Below, piece by piece: positions 45,793 through 54,891 of a stretch of 64,000 nt of DNA. Within the stretch, counting starts at the first letter, position 1, and the number at the start of each line of letters is the position of its first letter. Source of the stretch: an uncultured Acidobacteriota bacterium (GTDB lineage: Bacteria; Acidobacteriota; Thermoanaerobaculia; UBA5066; DATFVB01); NCBI GenBank assembly GCA_963813155.1, contig CAWEYG010000005.1, positions 64,001 through 128,000 on the forward strand. The letters are read 5' to 3'. Under the pieces are notes generated by a model that was not told the DNA's origin, searched no databases, and saw nothing but the letters and a program-made list of their open reading frames with translations. Both the position numbers and the translations under genes were made by a program.

Positions 45793-47487
45793 ATGACGCG
45801 GTTCCGGTGGCTCCCCGTGCTTCTCGCCGCTTTCGCCGCTTTTTGCGCGCCGGTCGAGAGGCACCGCCGCACGGCGCCGCTCGGGGAGCCGAAGGAAACC
45901 AACGGCATTCGGACGATGGGCAGCTCGTTCCTCCGGCGCCGGGGAGGCGTTTTCGAAGCTCGATTCGCCGGCGGTCCCTACGAGCGCGGCTACGCGAGGG
46001 GAAGGCTCCTCTACGACCAGATCGCGGCGGGCGAGAGAGACCTCGAGTTTCTGCTGGCCCGGATGGTCCCTTCCCCGTGGAAGCGCTGGGGTCTGCGCGA
46101 GATTCTCGCGTGGACGATGAGAAGATCGGACCGTTGGGTCGGAAGGGAACACGAAGAGGAAATCGCGGGAATGGCCGACGCGGAATTCCCCGACCCGGTT
46201 CCCGGAGCGTGGACGCCGTACGCGCGGCAATTCGCCCTGCACTTTCTTCACGATTTCACTCAGCGCTTCACCGACACGATGCCCCTCGCGGGCGCCTGCA
46301 GCGGTTTTGCGGCGGGCTCGGCGTCGACTGCAGACGGGCACGTGTACCTCGCGCGCGACTTCGACTTCGAAGCGGGTCCACAATTCGATCGCGAGAAGAT
46401 TGTCGGAGCGGTCGTGCCCGACACGGGTCACGCGTTCCTGTCGGTCAGCTTTGGCGGTCTGACGGGCGTCGTGTCCGGCTTCAACGACGCGGGCCTCGGT
46501 GTGTCCCTCCACGCCCTGACCGGCGGCCCGACGGCGGGCGCCGGGGAACCGTCGGCCCTCCTCGCCGCCGACGTTCTCCAGCGCGACACGACGGTGGACG
46601 AGGCGATCGCGAGGATTCGGGCGGCGCGCGTGCTCGTTTCCGACCTCTACCTGCTCGCCGACGCGTCCGGAGCTCTTGCCGTCGTCGAGAAGACGCCGCG
46701 CGCGACGGGAGTCCGGCGCGGCGCCGGCTGGATCTCCGCGACGAACCTCGCGCGAACCCCCGAAGTCGTCCGGCTCGTCGGGCGCTCTCCGTCCTATTCG
46801 ACGGCCGCTTTCCGGCAGGCCCGTCTCGACGAGCTCCTCTCGGCCCGCGCGGGACGCCTCGACGCCGCCTCGGCTGTCGCGATCCTTCGCGACCGGAGAG
46901 CGGCGGGAGGCGCCAGCCTCGGACCGGGGAACCGCAACGCGATCGATGCGTTGATCGCGTGCCACTCCGTCGTCTTCGATCTCACGGCTCGGCGGGCCTA
47001 TGTGGCGACGGCGCCTCACACGCTGGGAGCCTACGCGGCGTTCGATCTGCCGCTGCTGGCCGCGGCCGCCCCGGAGGACCGGCGCTTCGAGAAGCTCGAG
47101 GCGGCTTCGATTCCCGCGGACCCGCTTCTGGACTCGGGAGAATACGCGCGGTACCGGCGCGCGAGGCAGCTCAACCGGATCGCCCGGGCGGAGCTGAGTC
47201 GCGGAAAGCCGGCGGACGCCGAGCGCGACGCGAGCTCCGCGCTGGGGTCCTCGCCCCATTTTCTCGAGGCGCTCGTCTGCCGCGGGGAAGCGCGCTGGCG
47301 GCTGGGAAAGAAGAGCGCGGCGGAGGCGGACTTCGACTCCGCTTCCCGCCTCTCTCCGGGTCCTCCCGACTTCGCGGCCCAGATCGACCGCGTCCGGCGG
47401 GAGCTGCGGGAGGGCCGGGCGCCGGGGCGGCTCGTTTCCTTTCCCCTTTCGCTCGAGGACCTCCTCGACGAAAATCAACGGCAATGA
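45793..47487 (+). CDS. C45-family Ntn autoproteolytic acyltransferase/hydrolase with C-terminal TPR-like helices, probably secreted
   Basis: GGPYERGYARG, EEIAGMA, GA|CSGFAA (Cys nucleophile), ARDFDF, SGFNDAGL, ATN. Confidence 0.85.
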   Translation: MTRFRWLPVLLAAFAAFCAPVERHRRTAPLGEPKETNGIRTMGSSFLRRRGGVFEARFAGGPYERGYARGRLLYDQIAAGERDLEFLLARMVPSPWKRWGLREILAWTMRRSDRWVGREHEEEIAGMADAEFPDPVPGAWTPYARQFALHFLHDFTQRFTDTMPLAGACSGFAAGSASTADGHVYLARDFDFEAGPQFDREKIVGAVVPDTGHAFLSVSFGGLTGVVSGFNDAGLGVSLHALTGGPTAGAGEPSALLAADVLQRDTTVDEAIARIRAARVLVSDLYLLADASGALAVVEKTPRATGVRRGAGWISATNLARTPEVVRLVGRSPSYSTAAFRQARLDELLSARAGRLDAASAVAILRDRRAAGGASLGPGNRNAIDALIACHSVVFDLTARRAYVATAPHTLGAYAAFDLPLLAAAAPEDRRFEKLEAASIPADPLLDSGEYARYRRARQLNRIARAELSRGKPADAERDASSALGSSPHFLEALVCRGEARWRLGKKSAAEADFDSASRLSPGPPDFAAQIDRVRRELREGRAPGRLVSFPLSLEDLLDENQRQ

Positions 47488-48176
47488 GTCGCCCGGAGCC
47501 GATTCTCGCCGGGAAAGGGCTTTCGAAAACGTACCGCCTCGGCCGCGAGCGGGTACGCGCGCTGCGCGGACTCGACGTGAACGTCTCGGCGGGAGAGTTC
47601 GCGGCGATCGAGGGGCCGTCGGGATCGGGAAAGACGACGTTGCTGAACGTTCTCGGGCTCCTCGATTCGTCCGATTCGGGCACTCTCCGCATCGACGGCG
47701 AGGACACCGGGCCGCTCCCGGAGCCGCAGCGCTCCGCGATCCGGCTGCGGAGGTTTGGGTTCGTCTTCCAGACCTTCAACCTGATTCCGGTCCTGACAGC
47801 GCGGGAAAACGTCGAGTACCCGATGGCCCTTTCGGGCGTCGCAAAGGCGCGGCGCCAGGACGCCGCCCGGGATCTCCTGCGGAGCGTCGGAATCGCGGAA
47901 AAGGAAGGCGTTCGACCCGATCTCCTTTCCGGCGGTCAGCGCCAGCGGGTGGCGATCGCCCGCGCGCTCGCGAATTCTCCGGAGATCGTGTTCGCGGACG
48001 AACCGACGGCGAACCTCGACAGCCATACGGCCGGCGAGATCCTCGACCTGATGTCCCGTTTGAACGAGGTCAACGGCGTCGCGTTTCTCTTCGCGACCCA
48101 CGACCCGCGCGTCGTCGCGCGCGCGAAGAGGGTCCTCGTGCTTCGGGACGGAGAGATCGTGGAGGACCGGGCGTGA
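47484..48176 (+). CDS. ABC ATP-binding protein (LolD/MacB type)
   Basis: GPSGSGKTT, FGFVFQTFNL, LSGGQRQRVAIARAL, ADEPTANLD, ATHD. Confidence 0.94.
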   Translation: MSRPEPILAGKGLSKTYRLGRERVRALRGLDVNVSAGEFAAIEGPSGSGKTTLLNVLGLLDSSDSGTLRIDGEDTGPLPEPQRSAIRLRRFGFVFQTFNLIPVLTARENVEYPMALSGVAKARRQDAARDLLRSVGIAEKEGVRPDLLSGGQRQRVAIARALANSPEIVFADEPTANLDSHTAGEILDLMSRLNEVNGVAFLFATHDPRVVARAKRVLVLRDGEIVEDRA

Positions 48177-49399
48177 ATCCCTGGGAATTCGCTCTCCGCA
48201 ACGTCCTGCGCAACCGCCGGCGAAGCGTCCTCACCGCGGGCGTCGTGGTTTTCGGTTTCGCGGCCTTCGCCCTCGCCGGCGGTTTCATGTCGCAGACGTT
48301 CGACAGCTTGAGGCAGGGGACGATCCGCGGCGGGGTCGGACAGATCCAGGTCGCGCAGCCGGAAACGTTTCGGGGCGCCGAAGACCGCACGCTGGAACAC
48401 GGCATCGCCGACGCGGCCGCTGTGGAATCGGTTCTTCGGCGCGATCCCGACGTGGAGGCCGTTCTGCCGCGCATCGACTTCGTGGGCCTCGTGTCCAACG
48501 GTGCCCGGTCGATTCCCTATCTCGGCGTGGGATTCGATCCGAGGCCGGAAGCGACCGCGATGGATACGAAGGCGCTCGTCCAGGAAGGCCGGTGGTTCGC
48601 CTCTTCCGACGAAGCGGAAGTCCTGCTCGGAACAGGACTGGCGCTCGCCTTGCAGGTTCGTCCCGGCGGAACCGTGACGATGTTTGGCACCACTCCCGAC
48701 GGGGTACTGAACGCGCTCGACGCGAACGTCGTCGGCCTCGTCGATCTTCCCGTCAAGGAGCTCAACGACCGTTACCTCGCGACGACCCTTCCTTCGGCTT
48801 CGCGGCTCCTCGGCGTGACCGGGGTCGTCTCCAAGCTCGTCGTCATGCTTCGGCCCGGCCGCGACGATCGGGCCGCGAAAGGGCGCCTGGAGGTCTCGCT
48901 CCGAAACATCCGCCCGCGGCTCGAGGTCAAGAGCTGGAGAGAGCTCGCGCTCTTCTACAACCAGGTGAAGCTCCTCTATGTCGGGATCTTCGGGTTCATG
49001 GGCGCGATTCTCGTCGTCGTGGTCCTGCTGGCCTGCGCGAACACGATGACCATGGCGACGACCGAGCGAATCCGCGAGATCGGCACGCTGCGTGCCATCG
49101 GCACGCCTCCGGCGACGATTCGCAAGATGTTCGTGGCGGAGGGTGTCGTGATCTCCTCGTTCGGCTGCCTCGCCGGGGCGGTTCTCGCGCTCGTCGTCCG
49201 AGCCGCGCTGAACTCTTCGGGAATCGAGCTGCCACCCCCGCCGGGCGCGTCGCACGGAATGCCGATTCACGTCGCGTTCTACCCGGCGACCTACGCGGCC
49301 GGCCTCGTTGCAATGGTGTCGACGCTTGCTCTTGCCTCGTACATCCCGGCGCGGCGAGCGTCGCGCGTTCCGATCGTCGAGGCCCTGGCGCATGTCTAG
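48173..49399 (+). CDS. FtsX/LolE-like ABC permease
   Basis: ALRNVLRNRRRS, large periplasmic loop, ERIREIGTLRAIG, PARRAS. Confidence 0.92.
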   Translation: MNPWEFALRNVLRNRRRSVLTAGVVVFGFAAFALAGGFMSQTFDSLRQGTIRGGVGQIQVAQPETFRGAEDRTLEHGIADAAAVESVLRRDPDVEAVLPRIDFVGLVSNGARSIPYLGVGFDPRPEATAMDTKALVQEGRWFASSDEAEVLLGTGLALALQVRPGGTVTMFGTTPDGVLNALDANVVGLVDLPVKELNDRYLATTLPSASRLLGVTGVVSKLVVMLRPGRDDRAAKGRLEVSLRNIRPRLEVKSWRELALFYNQVKLLYVGIFGFMGAILVVVVLLACANTMTMATTERIREIGTLRAIGTPPATIRKMFVAEGVVISSFGCLAGAVLALVVRAALNSSGIELPPPPGASHGMPIHVAFYPATYAAGLVAMVSTLALASYIPARRASRVPIVEALAHV

Positions 49400-50096
49400 G
49401 CTCTTCCTCGTCGTCGCCGCCCTGACCGCGCAGCAGATCCTCGAGCTCGCGGACGCGCCGAAGCGCGCCTTTCCCGAAGCGGCCATCCATGCCCGCGTCG
49501 TGGTTTCCGGCGACGCGGCGTCCCAGGTCCCCGCCGAATTCGATCTCTACAAGAAGGGGGACGACCGCGGTCTCGTCGTCTTCACGGCAGGGAAGCAGAA
49601 GGGAAGGAAGATTCTGACCGTCGGCGAGAAGTTCTGGATCCTCGTTCCCGGGGCCTCGCGCCCGATTCCGGTGACCGCGAATCAGCGGTTGATGGGAGGA
49701 GCCGCTCTCGGCGACGTCGCGAAGCTCCGTTTTTCCAGCGAGTTTGCGGCCACGATCGAGCCCGGGCCCGATTCAGTCGGCGGCTTGACCTGCGACGTGC
49801 TGGACCTGAAGGCGAAGGATTCTCGCTCCTCCTACGGCTCCGGCCGCCTCTGGGTCGACCGGCAGGAGCGCCTCGCGCGCAAGGCCGTTCTCAACCTCGT
49901 CTCCGGAAAGCCGGCCAAAGAGATCCTCTTCGAGCGCTACGGGAAGGAGAATGGCAAGACGGTGCTGCTCACGATGGCGATCCGCGACCTGCTGGCGGGT
50001 CCGGCCGGCACCGTGACGCGCCTGGAATATTCGAACTACCGGGTAGCGAAGATCGACGATTCTTTCTTCACGCCGGAAGGCGCGCTCAAGTTCTAG
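49392..50096 (+). CDS. Outer membrane lipoprotein-sorting (LolA-like) protein
   Basis: KGRKIL, QRLMG, SYGSGRLWVD; typical partner of this permease type. Confidence 0.75.
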   Translation: MSRLFLVVAALTAQQILELADAPKRAFPEAAIHARVVVSGDAASQVPAEFDLYKKGDDRGLVVFTAGKQKGRKILTVGEKFWILVPGASRPIPVTANQRLMGGAALGDVAKLRFSSEFAATIEPGPDSVGGLTCDVLDLKAKDSRSSYGSGRLWVDRQERLARKAVLNLVSGKPAKEILFERYGKENGKTVLLTMAIRDLLAGPAGTVTRLEYSNYRVAKIDDSFFTPEGALKF

Positions 50097-50149
50097 GTTG
50101 CCTCCGCCCGGGTTGGGCTCAACCGCCGCGCAAGCGGAGCTTCCGCGAT

Positions 50150-50551
50150 CTACTCCTCCGGCAGCTCGTGTTCTTCTTCGACGATTCGCTCGACTCCGGG
50201 CGAGGTGAACTCCAGGATGAGCTCGGGCAGAGTTTCGGAGAATTGTGAGCGGGGGAGAACCCGATCGACGCCCTGGGCCTTCGATTCGTCGGCGAGCTTC
50301 TTGTCGACGTGCGAAAGGAATCCCACGACCGGGACCCCCCGGGTCTTCGCGCCCTGTTTCAGGCGCGCGATCACCGGAAGCGCCGCGTCGGAGAGCTCCA
50401 CGAAAACCGCGGCCGGCTCGTCCGCGCACGCTTTCGAGAGGTCGTCCAGGCGCGCGACGAATTCCACGGGAATGTTCAAATTTCGGGCGGCCGCGTCGAT
50501 CTTGGCGCGGAACATGAGATCTTCCACATGGGCGACGATTCTCTTTTGCAT
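50150..50551 (-). CDS. Stand-alone atypical (pseudo) receiver domain protein
   Basis: IVAHVEDLMF...PAAVFVELS...VPVVGFLSHV...GVDRVLPRS; CheY-like pattern with Glu at the phospho-Asp position. Confidence 0.7.
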   Translation of the reverse strand: MQKRIVAHVEDLMFRAKIDAAARNLNIPVEFVARLDDLSKACADEPAAVFVELSDAALPVIARLKQGAKTRGVPVVGFLSHVDKKLADESKAQGVDRVLPRSQFSETLPELILEFTSPGVERIVEEEHELPEE

Positions 50552-50568
50552 GGTTCTTGGGATTGATT

Positions 50569-51660
50569 CTAGAACGTTTTGACGAGATCGAACAGGTATC
50601 GGTTCAAATAATGCGATCGATCCTGCCGCCGCTGAAAGACGACGGAAGGCCGAATCTCGACGCCCGCGACCACCGTGTAGGCGATTCCCACGCGGTGTCC
50701 GACGTACCAGGAGTGAAACCACCAGTCGTCCGTGTTGTAGGCACCGACGACGGCGTCGCGGTCGACGTACTGGTAGATCTCGAAGGCCTGGAAATCTCCC
50801 CGGTCGCCTTCCCGCCCGACCCGAATCGCGGCCTCGAATCCGTCCCTGTACGCGTTTTCGCTCGCCGCGAGATTTCGCGTCCAGTCGAGCGACAGGGCTA
50901 CCGGAACCTTGGCGACACCGAACCGGACCCTGGCCAGTGAATCGACGATTCGGAAATCGTCCAGATATGCCGGCGCGGCGGCGGAGGTCACGTTCTGGCG
51001 GAGGAAATGCAGCGCGGTCTTCTGAAGATGAGTGAACCTCCAGTAACTCTCCGACCAGTCGAGCGCGAAAGAATCGGCGTCTCCGAAGGCCCACGTCACC
51101 TGGCCCGCTCCGATGTGGGAATCGTCGTGTTCACGCTGAGGGCCGTAAAAAAAACCTCCGGCGATGCTGACCGAGGACGTCGCCGAGAAGGCAATCCGCC
51201 ACGCCGCCGATCCGCCGAGCACCTGGACGTCGTGGTCCCACAACATTTCGGTCGCCCGCAGGGGCATGCCGAACTTGCCCGCGGTGATCGTGAAATTCCC
51301 CGGCCGCGCCTCGAGGAAGGCGCGGTCGAGCGCGGCGTTGTTCGACCGGTAATTGTCCAGCAGCCGGTCGTTGGTGGCGTTGGAGTCCGACGAAAGCTCG
51401 CCGAGGAGACGGACGCCCAGGCGAAAACGATCGGAAGCGCGCCAGTCGAGCTCCGGCCGGACTTCCGATCGCCAGCGGTAGATGTTGGGCGCCGGCGCCT
51501 GCCGGGCAAGCTGGATGTCGTCGTATCGAAGGAGCGCGTCCCAGCGAAACTCGAACCCCTCCGTGGACGTCGGGGCTTCATAATGCGGCTCGGCTTCCTG
51601 TCCTGAGAGGCGGGTCGCGAAGGCGACGATGAGGAAAAGGACGGCCGGGCGAACCCTCAC
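50569..51660 (-). CDS. Putative outer-membrane porin (beta-barrel)
   Basis: Signal peptide, LRYD, LDRAFL, TAGKF, WDHDV, alternating beta strands, terminal Phe (FDLVKTF). Confidence 0.75.
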   Translation of the reverse strand: MRVRPAVLFLIVAFATRLSGQEAEPHYEAPTSTEGFEFRWDALLRYDDIQLARQAPAPNIYRWRSEVRPELDWRASDRFRLGVRLLGELSSDSNATNDRLLDNYRSNNAALDRAFLEARPGNFTITAGKFGMPLRATEMLWDHDVQVLGGSAAWRIAFSATSSVSIAGGFFYGPQREHDDSHIGAGQVTWAFGDADSFALDWSESYWRFTHLQKTALHFLRQNVTSAAAPAYLDDFRIVDSLARVRFGVAKVPVALSLDWTRNLAASENAYRDGFEAAIRVGREGDRGDFQAFEIYQYVDRDAVVGAYNTDDWWFHSWYVGHRVGIAYTVVAGVEIRPSVVFQRRQDRSHYLNRYLFDLVKTF

Positions 51661-53798
51661 GCCGTCACTTCCGAAAGCTCCTTGTTCATCTCGGCGATGG
51701 ACTGATATCGCTGATCGGGATCCTTCTCGATCGCTTTCATCACGATCTTTGCGATGCGGGGATCGATTTCGGGATATCTCGTTTCGATCGCCGGGGGTTT
51801 TTCCTGGATGTGTTTGAGAACCACGCCGAGGGCCGAGTCCCCCTCGAATGGCAGCGTTCCGGAGAAGAGCTCGTAGAACACGATCCCGGCCGAATAGATG
51901 TCGGTCCGATGATCGAGAGTGCCCCCTTTCGCCTGCTCCGGCGAGATGTAGTCCGGCGTTCCGACGACCATCCCGGTCGCGGTCATTCCCTTGTCCTGGG
52001 AAAGCCGCGCGATGCCGAAATCCATGATCTTCAACCCGCCGTTGGGTTCGATCAGAATGTTCTGCGGCTTGATGTCTCGGTGAATGACGCCCGCGGCGTG
52101 CGCGGCCCCCAGTCCTCCGCAGATCTGCTTCGCGATCCGGAGCGCGGCCCCGACCGGCAGCCGGCGGTTCTGGTTGAGCAGGTGCTTGAGCGTGATTCCG
52201 CGCACATACTCCATCGACAGGTAGCGAAGGCCGTCCGATTCCCCGAAATCGTGCGTCCGCAGGACGTTTCGGTGGGTGATTTTCCGCGCGAGACGGATCT
52301 CCTGCTTGAAACGGTCGATGAGCGTCGCGTCGTGGGCGAGAGCCTCGTTTCGGAGCACCTTGATCGCGACCGCGTCGTCCAGCGTGCGATCGTGGGCCTT
52401 GTAAACGATTCCCATGCCTCCCGCGCCGAGCTCCGATTCGATGTCGTAGCGGCCCGCGAAGAGAGCACCGACTCGGGGCGCGTGGCCGCCGGCCGCCGAG
52501 GACGCCGGCACGGTGGCCGCCATCGCGACGGTCTTCTGCGGCGCGATTCCCCCCATCGTCAGGGAAGCAAGCTGCTTTTCGAGCTCCGCCTTCTCCTTGA
52601 GCTCCTCGATCATCATTCGGAAGGATCGAGCGAGGATTCCGATCTCGTCTTTCTGCTCGACCGGCAACGGCACGTCGTAGTTCCCGTCGCGGACCGCGTC
52701 CGTCGCGGCCACCATTTCGCCGATCGGTCCCGTCATGCGCCGGGCGAGGATGTAGGAAACGAGAAAGGCCACGAGGAGAGCGCCGAACCCGACGATCAGG
52801 AGGGTCTTTTCGATCTCGCGAAAGGCCGCGAGCTCGCGGGACAGCGGGCGCACCGTGACGACGGATCCGACGACGAGGCCCGAGGCGAGCCGCAACGGCC
52901 AGGCGAGGGCCAGGTAAGTGTCCTCTCCCGTGTCGATCGACAGCGGCCCGGCGACTCTTCCGTGCTGGAGGACCGCGGACACGAGATCTTTTCGGGACTC
53001 GAGCGTTCGAAAAAACGGTTTCGTCGCGATTCCGAGCGTCGAGGCGGCGACCTGGATGCGGGGCTCCTGCGACGGCTGGCTCAGGTTCGCCAGGAAGACC
53101 GCGTCGGTCGACGAAACGTCCCGAAAATTCTCGGCCACCTTGTCATCGATCGCGAAGCAGGCAACCAGGACCCCGAGCGTTTCGGCTTCCCTTCCCTCGC
53201 CCGAGACGACCGGGGCGGCGACGGCATGGTAGAGCTTTCCGTCGGAATACCAGATGCCCTGAGTCTCGGCCCCCTCGAGCGCCTTGCGGACGAGCGCCGA
53301 ATCCGAAATGTCGTGCCGCCACTCCCTCTTGTCGCTCCGGACGATCGAGATTCCGCGGGGATCGGTGACGATCAGGAAATCGGCGCCGGTCGCGGAGGCC
53401 TGGTCTTCCTTCAGGCTGTTGAAGATCGTGGCGGCGTCCCCCTCGTGGACGAGCGCTTTGAACCCGGAGTTGTCCACGACGGGACGCAGGGCCCGGTGGA
53501 GCTTCTCGTAGCGGTCTTCCTGGAAATTGTCGTAGGAATCCTTCGCGCGCGAAAGCGCCTTCCGGCTCGACTGTTCCGCGATCGACCGCACGCGATAGCT
53601 CGAAACCTCGACGGCGGTGCCGAGCGCGAGAAACACGAGCGCCGCGACGGCGAGAAAGATCTTGATCGTCAGCGAGAATTTCGGCTTCTCCGAGCGGACG
53701 GGAGGTTCGGGCACCGGTACGGCGCTGGTCATCGCCGCCGAGGCGGTTCCGGCGCCGATACGGGTCGTTTTCTGCGGATTGACCGTGGGTCCGGCCAT
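51657..53798 (-). CDS. Membrane Ser/Thr protein kinase: TM - Cache-like sensor - TM - HAMP - C-terminal Hanks kinase
   Basis: HAMP (GPI...GNYD...DEIGILARSFRMM); GAGGMGIVY, VAIK, HRDIKPQN, DFG, GTPDYISPE. Confidence 0.92.
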   Translation of the reverse strand: MAGPTVNPQKTTRIGAGTASAAMTSAVPVPEPPVRSEKPKFSLTIKIFLAVAALVFLALGTAVEVSSYRVRSIAEQSSRKALSRAKDSYDNFQEDRYEKLHRALRPVVDNSGFKALVHEGDAATIFNSLKEDQASATGADFLIVTDPRGISIVRSDKREWRHDISDSALVRKALEGAETQGIWYSDGKLYHAVAAPVVSGEGREAETLGVLVACFAIDDKVAENFRDVSSTDAVFLANLSQPSQEPRIQVAASTLGIATKPFFRTLESRKDLVSAVLQHGRVAGPLSIDTGEDTYLALAWPLRLASGLVVGSVVTVRPLSRELAAFREIEKTLLIVGFGALLVAFLVSYILARRMTGPIGEMVAATDAVRDGNYDVPLPVEQKDEIGILARSFRMMIEELKEKAELEKQLASLTMGGIAPQKTVAMAATVPASSAAGGHAPRVGALFAGRYDIESELGAGGMGIVYKAHDRTLDDAVAIKVLRNEALAHDATLIDRFKQEIRLARKITHRNVLRTHDFGESDGLRYLSMEYVRGITLKHLLNQNRRLPVGAALRIAKQICGGLGAAHAAGVIHRDIKPQNILIEPNGGLKIMDFGIARLSQDKGMTATGMVVGTPDYISPEQAKGGTLDHRTDIYSAGIVFYELFSGTLPFEGDSALGVVLKHIQEKPPAIETRYPEIDPRIAKIVMKAIEKDPDQRYQSIAEMNKELSEVTA

Positions 53799-53800
53799 CG

Positions 53801-54508
53801 TCAGTAACGATCCTCGTCCTGTGGCGGAGGCGGGTATTCCTGCCCGTACTTGTTCTTGTGGGCCTGCGGCTTGAACCCCGAAACGTCGAGCGAGAGAGAA
53901 GCGATGGCAGTCTTCCGCGGGGAAACCTGGACCCGGGCGCTCGTCTCGCCGCCCTCGTCGCACCACGCCTTGATCGTCTTCTCGCCGTCGGGCACGTTCT
54001 CGAAAGTGAACTCCCCGTCGGCGTCCGTCACGGCGAAAAACGACGAATCGACGACTCGGATGAAGCCGATCATCTGCGGGTGAATGTTGCAGTAGACGCG
54101 CACGAGGCCCGGCGTTTCGAACTTCTTGTCCTTCGAGCGTCCCCGGCGGTAGAGCCCGAGGTCGAAGTGGTTCTCCGCGGAAACCGAGAAAACGTTGTGG
54201 AAGAGGGGGTCCTCGTTCGGAAAGGCGACGCTGTGGCCGACCTCGACGGCGATCACCTTCGGCGTGAATTTCTTGTGCAGCGATTTCATCGCCGGCCCGG
54301 GTTCGGCCGCCGGCGAGGGCGCGATTCCGGGAGCCGCGCCGGGCCGCCGCGCGCCTTCGATCCAGATCACGACGTTGGCCGCTTCCGCGCGAGCCTGCCC
54401 GTTTTCGACGAGCGAAACTCTGCCGCTGACCGTTCCGGCGGAAAGCGCACCCGCCGACGCCACGAGCACCGGGAGGAGCCGTAGGGTCCGCGCAGCCGGG
54501 GACTTCAT
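53801..54508 (-). CDS. Secreted cupredoxin-like / carboxypeptidase-regulatory-like domain protein
   Basis: Signal peptide; FPNED..FHNVFS...VYCNIHPQM (His, Cys, His, Met spacing of a type-1 copper site); TDADGEFTF. Confidence 0.8.
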   Translation of the reverse strand: MKSPAARTLRLLPVLVASAGALSAGTVSGRVSLVENGQARAEAANVVIWIEGARRPGAAPGIAPSPAAEPGPAMKSLHKKFTPKVIAVEVGHSVAFPNEDPLFHNVFSVSAENHFDLGLYRRGRSKDKKFETPGLVRVYCNIHPQMIGFIRVVDSSFFAVTDADGEFTFENVPDGEKTIKAWCDEGGETSARVQVSPRKTAIASLSLDVSGFKPQAHKNKYGQEYPPPPQDEDRY

Positions 54509-54516
54509 TGTCGCGG

Positions 54517-54558
54517 ATCATAACAGTCCTTGACGCTTTCTTTCCACGCGATTACGCT
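54517..54558. promoter_or_regulatory. Overlapping divergent promoters
   Basis: Plus strand TTGACG 54530-54535, 17 bp, TACGCT 54553-54558; minus strand TG-N-TATGAT with the -10 at 54522-54517. Confidence 0.6.
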
Positions 54559-54564
54559 GCTCCA

Positions 54565-54792
54565 ATGGCTTCGGAACCCGTTCTCATCTTCGGCAAGGAC
54601 ACGTGACCGTACACTTCGGCGGCCCGTGCGGACTACGCCCGACGAAAGGTTCCCTTCGAATACGTCAACGTGAAGGCTTCCCGGGAAAACATGGACAAAA
54701 TGCTCGCCTACAGCGAAGGTAGCCGTGAGGTTCCCGTGATCGTCGAGGACGGACGGGTCACGACCGGATTCGGCGGAACCTGAGGCGTCTGA
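54565..54792 (+). CDS. Glutaredoxin-like (UXX-star type) selenoprotein with two in-frame UGA codons; absent from ORF track
   Basis: MASEPVLIFGKDT-U-PYTSAARADYARRKVPFEYVNV...REVPVIVEDGRVTTGFGGT-U-GV*; TGA at 54604 and 54781, stop at 54790; hairpins at 54607-54631 and 54798-54812. Confidence 0.85.
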
Positions 54793-54891
54793 CACCGTCC
54801 GCGGTTCGCGGATTTCCTAGACTCGAACAGCCTCCCATGTTAAAACGCTCGGAGTCTCAGTACGGGGTACTAGCCGAGGAGGGAAGCTCGT

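Noticed and set aside
54505-54795. 96-aa minus-strand ORF from the supplied track
   Set aside because: It is the antisense shadow of the selenoprotein gene, which has the promoter and fold motifs.
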